Shown here: in pieces, positions 25,501 through 33,241 of the stretch | Layout: every line of letters starts with the position of its first letter | How positions within the stretch are numbered: position 1 is the first letter of the stretch | Assembly (NCBI GenBank): GCA_024653205.1 | Contig: JANLFO010000011.1 | Span: 4,940-68,939, forward strand | Source: Clostridia bacterium | Lineage (GTDB): Bacteria; Bacillota; DSM-521; Neomoorellales; SLTJ01 | DNA length: 64,000 nucleotides | Reading direction: 5' to 3' | The notes under the pieces: model-generated | What the model saw: only the letters and a program-made list of their open reading frames with translations | What the model was told of the DNA's origin: nothing | Databases searched by the model: none | Made by a program: the position numbers and the translations under genes

Positions 25501-28085
25501 CCAACGGCGGCACGGCGCTGAAGAAGGGCGGCTTCACGTTCATGAGGCCCGCCTACTTGCCGGAGATAACGAACATCACCCCCGATAAGGGTTCTACCGA
25601 GGGCGGTACCCTGGTGGTGATCACCGGCAAGAACTTCTTCACGGGAGTAAAGGTATACTTCGACGGGCTGCCCGCGCGTTCGGTAGAACTCCTAGACAAA
25701 GTAGTGATCGAGGGCGAGGAGTTCGACCGGGTGGTGGCCGAAACTCCGCCCCACCCGCCCGGTCGGGTGGACGTGACCCTGGTAAACTGGGACGGCGGCG
25801 TGGCTACGAAGCCCGACGCCTTTACCTACGTCCTAGCTGGCACGCCACCTGAGATCCTCAAGGTGGACCCCCCGGAAGGCCCGGCCATGGAGGAGACTAG
25901 GGTTACTATCTATGGCCGCAACTTCCAGCCGGGGACCCCTGAGAACCCGCTCACGGTATATTTTGGTTACACCCCGGCAAGAGTAGAAAACGTTGATTAC
26001 GACACCATTGTGTGTGTCGCTCCGGCTCTGCCCGCCGGAAAGGTGAAGGTGCGGGTGGTGAACCCCGACTTCGGCGAGGCGGTCTGGGACGGATACTTCG
26101 TCTACCAGGCTTCGGTTCCCAGGATTACGGCGGTGAATCCCGATCAGGGACCAAAGCAAGGGGACTACCGCGTAACCATCCTGGGCGAGGATTTCCGGCC
26201 GGGACTGGTGGTCTACTTTGGTCAGGAAGGACTCAGGGTGGAGGAGATTACAATCACAGAGGACCTATGCAGCGTAAGGGTGTACGTCTATCGAGATGAA
26301 CACCGTACCGCCGGACGGGTAGACGTACGGGTTGTGAACCCCGACGGCGCCGAGGCGGTGCTGAAGAACGGGTTCACGTACACCAGCCCGGCTTCTAATC
26401 CCACCATTGCCGGGGTCACGCCGGACAAGGGTCCAACCACCGGCGGCATCTGGGTGACCATCAGCGGAACCGACCTGCGGGAGGAGGCGCGGGTGTACTT
26501 CGGCGGCAGGGAAGCAAGCCGGGTGCGCTTCATCGACAACCAGACCCTGCTCGTCCTCATCCCCGCCCACCCGGAAGGGACGGTGGCGGTGACGGTGGTG
26601 AACTACGACGGCGGCACCGATACCTGGGACAAGCCTTTTACTTACGTTACCCCCGTATCCAGCCCCCATATCGACCGGGTGGTACCCAATAAGGGGCCGC
26701 ACGTGGGCGGGACCAGCATCACCATCTACGGCCTGGACTTTCGCAGCGGGGCGGCGGTGTACATCGACGGCGTCCCCGCGAAAGAGGTCGTGTGGGTCAG
26801 CTACAAGGAGATCACCTGCGTGACCCCCGGCGGGAAGCCGGGAAAGGTCGATGTCACCGTGGTCAACCCAGACCAGGACGCCTACGGCGCCTACACCGCC
26901 CCGAACGCCTTCACCTACGTGGAGGTCGAGGTGCCCACCATCACCGGGGTGGAGCCGGACCGGGGCCCGAAAAAGGGCGGCACGGCCATTACCATCACCG
27001 GCACCGGCTTTGCCTCCGGGGCCAGGGTCTGCATCGGCGGCAAGGAGGCCTTGGAAGTCAGGGTAGCCGGCGGGACCCAGATCACTGCTGTCACCCCTCC
27101 GGGAGAACCGGGGCGGCAGGACGTGAGGGTGGAGAACCCCGATGGCGGTTACGCCGTGTTGGAGGACGGCTTCCTGTACCTGGGGCCGCCGGAGGAGCCG
27201 GGATGGCTTTCCGCCAGTCCGGTTGACGAGCGCACCGTGGAGCTGGAATGGGAGGAAGTGGAGTTTGCCACCGCCTACGAGATCTTCGTGGCCAGGGAGG
27301 ATGGCGGGCCGTACGCCTTCCTGGACCGCACCACCGCCACCACCTACTACGCCACCGGGCTGGTTCCCGACCAGGAGTACTTCTTCCGGGTGCGGGCGGT
27401 GAACGACCAAGGCATTTCGGTGCTGTCGGAGGAAACCTGGTCCTGGACCGATGAGGCGGAGGAAGACGAAGAGGATGAGGCCTCGGTGCCGGAGGAGCGC
27501 CTGGAAGGGAACATCCTTTATGTTACCCTGACCAACGGCTACGCCTGGAGAAACCTGGGCAGCACGCTGGACCTGACGCAGACCGCCCACGCGGGCGCAG
27601 GCGGGCTGTTGCTTCGCGTTCCGGTGGACGTGGCCCTCGCCTACGGCCGCAGCCTCAGGGTGGTGGGCCTGCGCTATTCGGTGGAGATCCCGTCGGCCGT
27701 GTTCGCGCCGGCACAAGCGCGCCGCCTGAGCTCGGCGGAGCGGGCAGAGTCGGCGCTGGTGCTGCAGCTGGAGGAGGTGCCGGCGGCCGAGGCGGCCGAT
27801 CTGGCCCGGCAGGCGCCGGGCCGGGTGATCTCGCGGATGCTGCGCCTGACTCTGAGGCTGGAGGGCGCAGGGAACAGAAGCGTGCTTTCTGATCTGGGGA
27901 GCTACGCGCCGGTTACGGTTGCCGTCGATCCCAACCTCGCCCGGGGCCGCACGGTGGGCCTGTACCGGTACCGCCCGGAAAGGGGCTGGGAGCGGCTGGG
28001 CGGGCAGCCCTCGCCCGGCTGGCCCCAGGTAATCGGCGCGGGCAACCTGACCGGCATCTTCGCCGCCGTGGCCGAGACCAGGTAG
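22506..28085 (+). CDS. giant secreted surface protein: signal peptide + 16 IPT/TIG repeats + FN3 domain + acidic linker + unknown C-terminal domain
   Basis: 1859 aa from ATG 22506 (or GTG 22494). Signal peptide ALLLLFFMLANLLLIPASPVRA|QD. I counted 16 repeats of 85-95 aa with the pattern P-x-I-x-x-V-x-P-x-x-G-x-x-x-GG-x-x-V-T-I-x-G-x-x-F...V-x-V-x-N-P-D-G. FN3-like segment at 27192-27450 (TVELEWEEVEFATAYEIF...YFFRVRAVN). Acidic linker DEAEEDEEDEA. The last 195 aa or so have no recognised family. No SLH, LPXTG or TM anchor. Confidence 0.85.
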   Translation: MRIRGGARSKALLLLFFMLANLLLIPASPVRAQDHTPEVTDIEPEQGGMGGGYIMTITGSNFATEAQGQVEVTIGGVVARVVERSENELKVEVPPRDPLPTAPVPVLVTNIIYGQRYPAAQQPEFAYLAGPVIDYVAPNYGSLAGGASTGTVTVIAGKNFPLQESQDLLVLFGDGSEAKEAQIVDVDSDNGHWIKVYHPATEYDTGNPVPVTVRVYQGNDYVEARLPDAFRYSTAQSAPKVTAVSPNVIASTGGDLTVYGQDFRSSLGADDVPVFAAVYLEKDGASYTCEVRRLTCTAMLVRAPSGLSSGLYRVRVRNPDGRETTMAAALTVVPSEQALRILSITPNVGSVEGGLRVTLKVVNLPSTESDFPRVVAVKFGDTPGIEPIEEDANTIAVTTPTQMPEGVYNVTLEVTYKQSGQIKQQVAVLPQGFRFAIPASRPRIEKVDPYFGSPGGGTLVTIYGSDFRSPAEGEEIVVRFGGKEADKSQVQVVSPTEIKVVTPKAGTAGAVDVEVINPDGARAVLPGGFVYVSSPPWLQSVLPESGTVGETVYLYATNLAYRPEDIGLVRPKIANGLPENESNLTFYPMEGVNLTDLGAGAWRVEAQVPKLVRPGPAVVRIETPYGVSNPLEFTVLSGFPPPKVQEVSPSRVSTRGGAKVTVRGENFRKGAVVKLESGDLSNVLSNVEVTSPTVINFTTPNLIPGKYLVRVINPDGKEGIWKDRYFTVYSEPSITRVSPATGSVYGGNIITVTGEDFYPGAQVVLRIKVSDTVTKEVYAEGNDVEVKGRNELLFRLPPAGIELDLDKRVLADVVVENLDGGRGELPNGFTYCCPRTSPEIKSVVPPRGPTEGGIPILVLGSDFRKGARVFIGWKEVDTQEVQVEDSTLIKVGEIPGQPKDLYPVTVVNPDGGAAVFESGFQYLEPETEPVIDTIYPDKGPNDRSIPVIIRGKNFLPYSDVFFGPYPAAEVEWRDSTVLKVYTPVVPEYLGTVDVYVLDPNGGTALKKGGFTFMRPAYLPEITNITPDKGSTEGGTLVVITGKNFFTGVKVYFDGLPARSVELLDKVVIEGEEFDRVVAETPPHPPGRVDVTLVNWDGGVATKPDAFTYVLAGTPPEILKVDPPEGPAMEETRVTIYGRNFQPGTPENPLTVYFGYTPARVENVDYDTIVCVAPALPAGKVKVRVVNPDFGEAVWDGYFVYQASVPRITAVNPDQGPKQGDYRVTILGEDFRPGLVVYFGQEGLRVEEITITEDLCSVRVYVYRDEHRTAGRVDVRVVNPDGAEAVLKNGFTYTSPASNPTIAGVTPDKGPTTGGIWVTISGTDLREEARVYFGGREASRVRFIDNQTLLVLIPAHPEGTVAVTVVNYDGGTDTWDKPFTYVTPVSSPHIDRVVPNKGPHVGGTSITIYGLDFRSGAAVYIDGVPAKEVVWVSYKEITCVTPGGKPGKVDVTVVNPDQDAYGAYTAPNAFTYVEVEVPTITGVEPDRGPKKGGTAITITGTGFASGARVCIGGKEALEVRVAGGTQITAVTPPGEPGRQDVRVENPDGGYAVLEDGFLYLGPPEEPGWLSASPVDERTVELEWEEVEFATAYEIFVAREDGGPYAFLDRTTATTYYATGLVPDQEYFFRVRAVNDQGISVLSEETWSWTDEAEEDEEDEASVPEERLEGNILYVTLTNGYAWRNLGSTLDLTQTAHAGAGGLLLRVPVDVALAYGRSLRVVGLRYSVEIPSAVFAPAQARRLSSAERAESALVLQLEEVPAAEAADLARQAPGRVISRMLRLTLRLEGAGNRSVLSDLGSYAPVTVAVDPNLARGRTVGLYRYRPERGWERLGGQPSPGWPQVIGAGNLTGIFAAVAETR

Positions 28086-28098
28086 GGGAGGGAACGGA

Positions 28099-30531
28099 GT
28101 GGCGCAGGTAAGGCGTTGCCTTGGAGCGGTCCAAGGGCGGTGTCTGATAGCGGGATTCCTCCTGCTCCTCGCCTCTTACTTCTTCCTCCCGGTGCAGGCC
28201 GTGGCCCAGACCCGGACCTATTCGGGCTGGATCGGAGCGGCGCGGGTGGCGTCCCGGCTGAACTACTCCGATCTTTCCGGCCACTGGGCCAGGGAAGCGA
28301 TACTGCGGGTGGCTTCGCTGGGAGTCCTCACCGGCGAGGGCGGCCGGTTCCGGCCCCAGGCGGCGCTCAGCCGGGAGGAGGCCCTGACCGCGTTACTTTC
28401 CCTGTCGGGCAGCGGGACGCGCGGCACCGGCCTGCTGGACAGGGCAGAAGGAGCGGGAATAGTGACCCGGGAGGAGAGGGCCGGGCTGGAGGGCAATCTG
28501 GCGGCTGCGGTGCAGAGGCAGGAGTTCGGCGCCTGGCTGGCCCGGGCCGCGGGACTTGCGGAAGCTGCGGGCCCGGGCAATCTGCGCCTGGCAGGTTTTT
28601 CCGATGCCGCCAGGGTCCGGCCGGAGTACCGGGGCGGGCTCGAGTTCCTGCTGGAAAGAGGCTGGCTTGCCGGCAGGGGCAGAACGCTGGCACCCCAGGC
28701 CTCCATTACCCGGGCGGAGGCGGCCAGCCTGCTTTATCGTGCCCTGCCGGAGGTTTTGCCCGCGCGCGGCTGGGAAGTGCTGCAGGGAGTGGTCGCGGCC
28801 GTGGATGAAGTGCGGACCGCCCAGGGCCTGCGCCTGACGGTTCAGGTGGCTGCGGCCGGAGGGGACAGCGTGGAACTGGTGGCCGGGCCGGGGGCCGGAA
28901 CCGCCGCCGGCCCGGACTGGCCGGTGGTAGCCGGGGGCAGGGTTGGCACCGCCTCCGCCCTGTCTGCCGGTCAGGTGGTGCGGGTGTGGATTACTCCTCC
29001 CACGGTGCGGATGGCAGAGGTTCTGTCCGGGCAGTCGCAGCGAAGCAGCGGCACGCTGGCCGCGGTGGATGCCGGCCGGGGGGAAATCACGGTGCTGATT
29101 AACGGCCGGTCGACCGTTCTCTCCCTGCACCCGGGGGCCAGGATCAGCGTGGGCGGCAGTGCCGCCCGGCTGTCCGATCTCCTGCCGGGTCAGGAGGTGG
29201 AGCTCTCGCTCCGGGGCGGCATGGTGGAGGAATTGGCGGCGGAGCTGCCGGTTCCGGAACTGGCCGCCTACGCCGAGACGCCCGGCCGGGTGGTGACCGG
29301 GTACCTGGCCGGGTGGGATGGGAGCCGGCTGCGGGTGGTGCTGGCCGGGGGGCAGGAACAGAGCTACTACCTTTCCCCGGCGGCGGCCGTAGTCTCGGGC
29401 AGCCGGGCCGTGGCGCCTTCCGAACTGCGGGTGGGAGACCTGCTTCGGATTACCATTTCGGACACGCCGGCGAGTACCGCCACCCGGGTGGAGGTGGCGG
29501 CCGGAGCGGCCCGGGAGGAACTGTGGTACGGGCGGCTGGCCGGGGTGCTGGTTCAGGACCGGGTGGTGCTGGTTTCCCAGCCGCGGCGGCTGTACTTCGG
29601 CCGCTGGCTGTCCCAGGGCGGGCAGCGGGCCTTTGCGCTCTCGCCGGAGGCACGGGTCTATCGGGGGGCAACGGCGGCCGAACTGGAGGACCTGAGGAAC
29701 TTGATGGGCAGCCAGGTATTCCTGAGCGTGGGGCAGCCGTTCGGACGGGAAGAGGCAGCCTGGCTGGCCCTCCGGGAAGGAGAGCCCTGGATCTACCAGG
29801 ACCGCCTGGCGGACTGGGACGCGGGGCGCCGGGTGCTCACCCTGAGCGGGGGAACGCGTTTGACCCTGCCGGAGGAGGCGCGGGTACTGGCGGCCGGCCG
29901 GGCCGTGGATCCGGCCGGCCTGGAGACCGATCGGCCCCTGGTGGCCGTGGCCGCGGATGCCGGCGCGGTTTTCGTGGAGCAGACCGAGTACTACCCCTCC
30001 TCCTGGTCCTTCTACCGGGGCGAGGTTGAGGAAGTGGAAGAGCGGTGCCTGGTGCTGGACAGCTGGAGCCGCTTTGACGGTGATTACTGGTCCGATACCC
30101 GATATCGCGATAAGGAACTGACGCTAACCGGCGATACGGTAGCGGTGGACGCCACGGGCGCGCCGCCGCGAGTGCTCGATCTGTATTCCTTCCTGCAGGC
30201 GCGCCACACCGGCGCCTTCGACGGCAGGCAGGTTTATGTGGTGGCCGACGGTTCGGACCGGGTGCGGGCGGTGGTGCTGCGCGACGAGGAGCGCGGCCCG
30301 GAGGTGGCCTCCCTGGCCACGGTAGGCGGTTCGGGCGAGTTTGCCGACGTACTGTCCTGGAGCCCGGAGTACCGGGCCTGGCGGGAACTGGGGGCCTCGC
30401 TGGCGCTGGATACCTCGAAGGCCCTAGTGTTCCGAAACGGATACTGGGTGGGCCCGGCGGCCCTGGCCGAGGGCGACCCGGTGTACTTGCTTCACGACTA
30501 CGAGGAAGCGCTGATCGTCTTTCTTCAGTAA
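28099..30531 (+). CDS. secreted SLH-domain protein (N-terminal SLH region + array of small beta-module repeats)
   Basis: 810 aa. Signal peptide LLLLASYFFLPVQAVA|QT. SLH motifs YSDLSGHWAREAILRVASLGVLTGEGGRFRPQAALSREEALTALL and FSDAARVRPEYRGGLEFLLERGWLAGRGRTLAPQASITRAEAASLLYRAL. They are followed by at least 5 degenerate 65-85-aa repeats. Starts 13 nt after the IPT gene stop (SD GGGGAGGGAA). Confidence 0.8.
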   Translation: MAQVRRCLGAVQGRCLIAGFLLLLASYFFLPVQAVAQTRTYSGWIGAARVASRLNYSDLSGHWAREAILRVASLGVLTGEGGRFRPQAALSREEALTALLSLSGSGTRGTGLLDRAEGAGIVTREERAGLEGNLAAAVQRQEFGAWLARAAGLAEAAGPGNLRLAGFSDAARVRPEYRGGLEFLLERGWLAGRGRTLAPQASITRAEAASLLYRALPEVLPARGWEVLQGVVAAVDEVRTAQGLRLTVQVAAAGGDSVELVAGPGAGTAAGPDWPVVAGGRVGTASALSAGQVVRVWITPPTVRMAEVLSGQSQRSSGTLAAVDAGRGEITVLINGRSTVLSLHPGARISVGGSAARLSDLLPGQEVELSLRGGMVEELAAELPVPELAAYAETPGRVVTGYLAGWDGSRLRVVLAGGQEQSYYLSPAAAVVSGSRAVAPSELRVGDLLRITISDTPASTATRVEVAAGAAREELWYGRLAGVLVQDRVVLVSQPRRLYFGRWLSQGGQRAFALSPEARVYRGATAAELEDLRNLMGSQVFLSVGQPFGREEAAWLALREGEPWIYQDRLADWDAGRRVLTLSGGTRLTLPEEARVLAAGRAVDPAGLETDRPLVAVAADAGAVFVEQTEYYPSSWSFYRGEVEEVEERCLVLDSWSRFDGDYWSDTRYRDKELTLTGDTVAVDATGAPPRVLDLYSFLQARHTGAFDGRQVYVVADGSDRVRAVVLRDEERGPEVASLATVGGSGEFADVLSWSPEYRAWRELGASLALDTSKALVFRNGYWVGPAALAEGDPVYLLHDYEEALIVFLQ

Positions 30532-30556
30532 CCGCAAGGAGGCAGGTGGAGGCTGT

Positions 30557-32104
30557 ATGGCTGGGCGGCAGCTGCGGGTGGCAGCCCTGGTGGCGCTGGT
30601 TGCGGCCCTGGCGGCATTCCTCCCGGTTCGTCCGGCACTGGCCCGGGGAGAGGAGCGCGTGTCCGGGGGCATAGGCGCCGGGAGCGAGTACAGGGAGCTT
30701 TACCTCTTCGGCGGCCGGCCGGTGGTGCTGACCGGCCAGGCGAAGGTGAGCAGCAGCGCGGCCCGCAATGGCAAGGCTCAGGTGCGGATAAGCTACAACC
30801 TGAAGAACGAGGCCAGCCAGGTCACCCTCTCCCGCAGCCTGACTCTGGCCGGAGAGGAAGAGGAGGCTCTGGACGGCCGCCAGGTGCTCACCAGCCTCAC
30901 CGCTACCGGCTTCACGGAAAGCATCCGGGCGGGGAGTAACCGCTATACCCTGCGGCGCGGAGACTTCTCCTACACCCGGCTCACCGACCGGGCGGGCGGC
31001 GTGGAGTACTTCACCAGCAATTGGAGCGGGACCAAGGTCTACGACTTTAACAGCGATCAAGGGACCCTGACCGTGCAGGTGTGGGGGCGGGGAGTGGGCT
31101 ACGACCACGCGTGGGGCAGCACGGAAACGCAGCATCTGGATCTCATCCTGGATTTTGAGGGCCGGATAGAGGAGAAGGGCGCCGACCGGCAGGTAACCAC
31201 CTACAAGGTGGAGTGGAGCGGTTCGGCTTCACTGGATCTGACCTACACGCGCTGGCGCCGGCTGGACTACGTGGAAAACGAGGCGGTCCCGATCAGCTTT
31301 GCCGGCGGCTACCTGGAGAGCCGGGGCGAGCAGGCCAGCCTCAAGTACGAGGTGGATCTCCCGGTGCTGGATTCTCTGGGCCGGGTGGTGAGCGGGGGCC
31401 GGGTCCGGGAGGAGGGGACCCTGGGACTGGAGTCGACCCCCACCTACGCCCGGCTGCCGGTACCGCCGCTGAGGGATCTGCAGGGGCACTGGTCCTGGCA
31501 GGAAGTCCTGCGTCTGGCCAGCCTGGGGGTGCTCGCCGCCGGGGAGTATTTCGGCCCGGAACTGCCGGTAACCAGGGGCGACTTCTGCCTGGGGCTGGCC
31601 CGGCTGCTGGAGCTGGAAGCGGCGAAGGCGGCGCCGGCCGTTCCCGTTCCGATCCTGGCGCTGACGAATCCGGCCCGGCAGACCACCACCACCGCCTCCC
31701 CTCCCTACCTGGATGTTTCGGAGGACAGCCCCTACTACGCGGCCGTAGAGGCCCTGCAGCAGCGACGAATCCTGGACAGCGCCGGTCTTTACCTCCGGCC
31801 CAATGAGGCCCTGACCAGAGCCGAGGCGGTGGCCCTGGTGGTCAGGGCTCTGGGCCTGGAAGGTCTGGCACCGGCCGCACTGGTGCAGACCCCCTTCCAG
31901 GATGACTACGCCATCCCTTCCCGCTTCAAGCGCGCTGTCTGGGTGGCGGAGCGTCTGGGGCTGGCAGGGGGCACCTCGGGCGGGTACTTCCAGCCGCAGC
32001 GCCGCATGACCCGGGGAGAAGCCGCCGCCCTGTTCAACCGCACCCTGAGTTACCTTCAGGACGGCCTCCGGCGGGATTACCAGACCCTCGTCCGGTTCCG
32101 GTAG
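30557..32104 (+). CDS. secreted protein with an unknown beta-rich N-domain and three C-terminal SLH domains
   Basis: 515 aa. Signal peptide ALVALVAALAAFLPVRPALA|RG. C-terminal SLH motifs LRDLQGHWSWQEVLRLASLGVL...VTRGDF, YLDVSEDSPYYAAVEALQQRRIL...LTRAEAVALVVRAL and FQDDYAIPSRFKRAVWVAERLGL...MTRGEAAALFNRTL. Confidence 0.8.
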   Translation: MAGRQLRVAALVALVAALAAFLPVRPALARGEERVSGGIGAGSEYRELYLFGGRPVVLTGQAKVSSSAARNGKAQVRISYNLKNEASQVTLSRSLTLAGEEEEALDGRQVLTSLTATGFTESIRAGSNRYTLRRGDFSYTRLTDRAGGVEYFTSNWSGTKVYDFNSDQGTLTVQVWGRGVGYDHAWGSTETQHLDLILDFEGRIEEKGADRQVTTYKVEWSGSASLDLTYTRWRRLDYVENEAVPISFAGGYLESRGEQASLKYEVDLPVLDSLGRVVSGGRVREEGTLGLESTPTYARLPVPPLRDLQGHWSWQEVLRLASLGVLAAGEYFGPELPVTRGDFCLGLARLLELEAAKAAPAVPVPILALTNPARQTTTTASPPYLDVSEDSPYYAAVEALQQRRILDSAGLYLRPNEALTRAEAVALVVRALGLEGLAPAALVQTPFQDDYAIPSRFKRAVWVAERLGLAGGTSGGYFQPQRRMTRGEAAALFNRTLSYLQDGLRRDYQTLVRFR

Positions 32105-32130
32105 CCGTCTGGCCCGGCCTCTGGCGGCGC

Positions 32131-32157
32131 TAAAGAAAGGCGGCGCCGGGCCGATAA
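32131..32157 (+). promoter_or_regulatory. sigma-28 promoter TAAA-N15-GCCGATAA upstream of flaG
   Basis: TAAA at 32131-32134 and GCCGATAA at 32150-32157. It starts 26 nt after the stop of the preceding SLH gene and ends 40 nt upstream of the flaG start. Confidence 0.8.
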
Positions 32158-32196
32158 CCCAGTATAGATCTACCCTGCGGGCGAGGAGGTAGGGCA

Positions 32197-32559
32197 TTGA
32201 AGGTAGAGGGTGTGGACCGGGTAGTGTTGGAGCAGATCCGGGCACGGGCCGAGCAGGCGGAAGTAACCCAGACCCGGGATCTGCGCATCCGGAGCGAGGA
32301 ACAGCAGGACCAGGAGCGCCGCCATGCCCAGGAGCCTCAGGAGCAACTGCGTCAGGCGGTGCGCCAGCTCAACGAGGCCACCGAGGTCTTCAACATCCGG
32401 CTGCGTTTCAAGCTGGACCGGGAAACCGGGGAGATCTACGTGCTGGTGATCGACCGGGAAAAGGGAGAGATCATCCGCCGCATTCCACCGGAAAAGGTGA
32501 TAGAGATGGCCTCCCGCATGCAGCACATGATCGGCCTTCTGCTGGACGAACTGGTGTGA
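32197..32559 (+). CDS. flaG: flagellar protein FlaG
   Basis: 120 aa from TTG 32197 after GAGGAGG. C-terminal LRFKLDRETGEIYVLVIDREKGEIIRRIPPEKVIEMASRM matches the FlaG family pattern. Confidence 0.8.
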   Translation: MKVEGVDRVVLEQIRARAEQAEVTQTRDLRIRSEEQQDQERRHAQEPQEQLRQAVRQLNEATEVFNIRLRFKLDRETGEIYVLVIDREKGEIIRRIPPEKVIEMASRMQHMIGLLLDELV

Positions 32560-32789
32560 CGGGAAGGCGGGGTGGTTTCCCGTCGTACCCGACACCGTCC
32601 GCGACGGACTTGAGCTTGTAGCGGCCTCGCCCGCGGCCCCCGCAGGCCCTGTCCGGTTCGGCCACCCCGACCAGGTCGCGCTTAAGCTGGGCGGGACCGA
32701 ATCGGCAGGGGGCGATCCGAGCGGCAGACTTCTAGAAAAGGGAGGGAACGGCTCCGCCTTGGGCTTTCCGTCCGGCGGGCCGGCACGGC

Positions 32790-33209
32790 GTGTACGCTTC
32801 ACAGCCTTATCAGGCCTATCAGGAGAACCAGGTTCAGACCCAACCCCAGGAGAAACTGGTGCTGATGCTCTACGATGGCGCCCTGCGCTTCATCCGCCAG
32901 GCTCAAGACGCGGTGGCGGCCAGGCGATACGACGAAACCAGCTACTATCTCGGTCGGGCGCAGGACATTCTGAGCGAACTGATGCTCACCCTGAACCTGG
33001 AGGTGGGCGAAATTGCCCACCGGCTTTACGCGCTTTACGATTTCATGTACGGGCACCTGGTTCAGGCCAACCTCAAGAAGGACGCCCGGATGATGGCCCA
33101 GGTTTACCGGCTCTTGAGCGAGTTGCGCCAGACCTGGGAGGAGGCGACCCGCATTTACCACAGCCACAACTACCTCACCCGGCCCGGAGGGCTGGAAGGC
33201 CGCCGCTGA
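32790..33209 (+). CDS. fliS: flagellin-specific export chaperone FliS
   Basis: 139 aa. PYQAYQENQVQTQPQEKLVLMLYDGALRFIRQA...IAHRLYALYDFMYGHLVQAN is a typical FliS four-helix pattern. Confidence 0.9.
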   Translation: MYASQPYQAYQENQVQTQPQEKLVLMLYDGALRFIRQAQDAVAARRYDETSYYLGRAQDILSELMLTLNLEVGEIAHRLYALYDFMYGHLVQANLKKDARMMAQVYRLLSELRQTWEEATRIYHSHNYLTRPGGLEGRR

Positions 33210-33241
33210 GGCGCCGGCGTGAGCGGAGGGGAGCGGGAGCG

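Noticed and set aside
22614-27191. Possibility that the periodic structure is a DNA-level tandem repeat or CRISPR-like array
   Set aside because: The periodicity is at the protein-domain level (about 260-285 nt, IPT/TIG units). The repeats are strongly diverged in nucleotide sequence, in frame and without spacers, so this is not a CRISPR or satellite.
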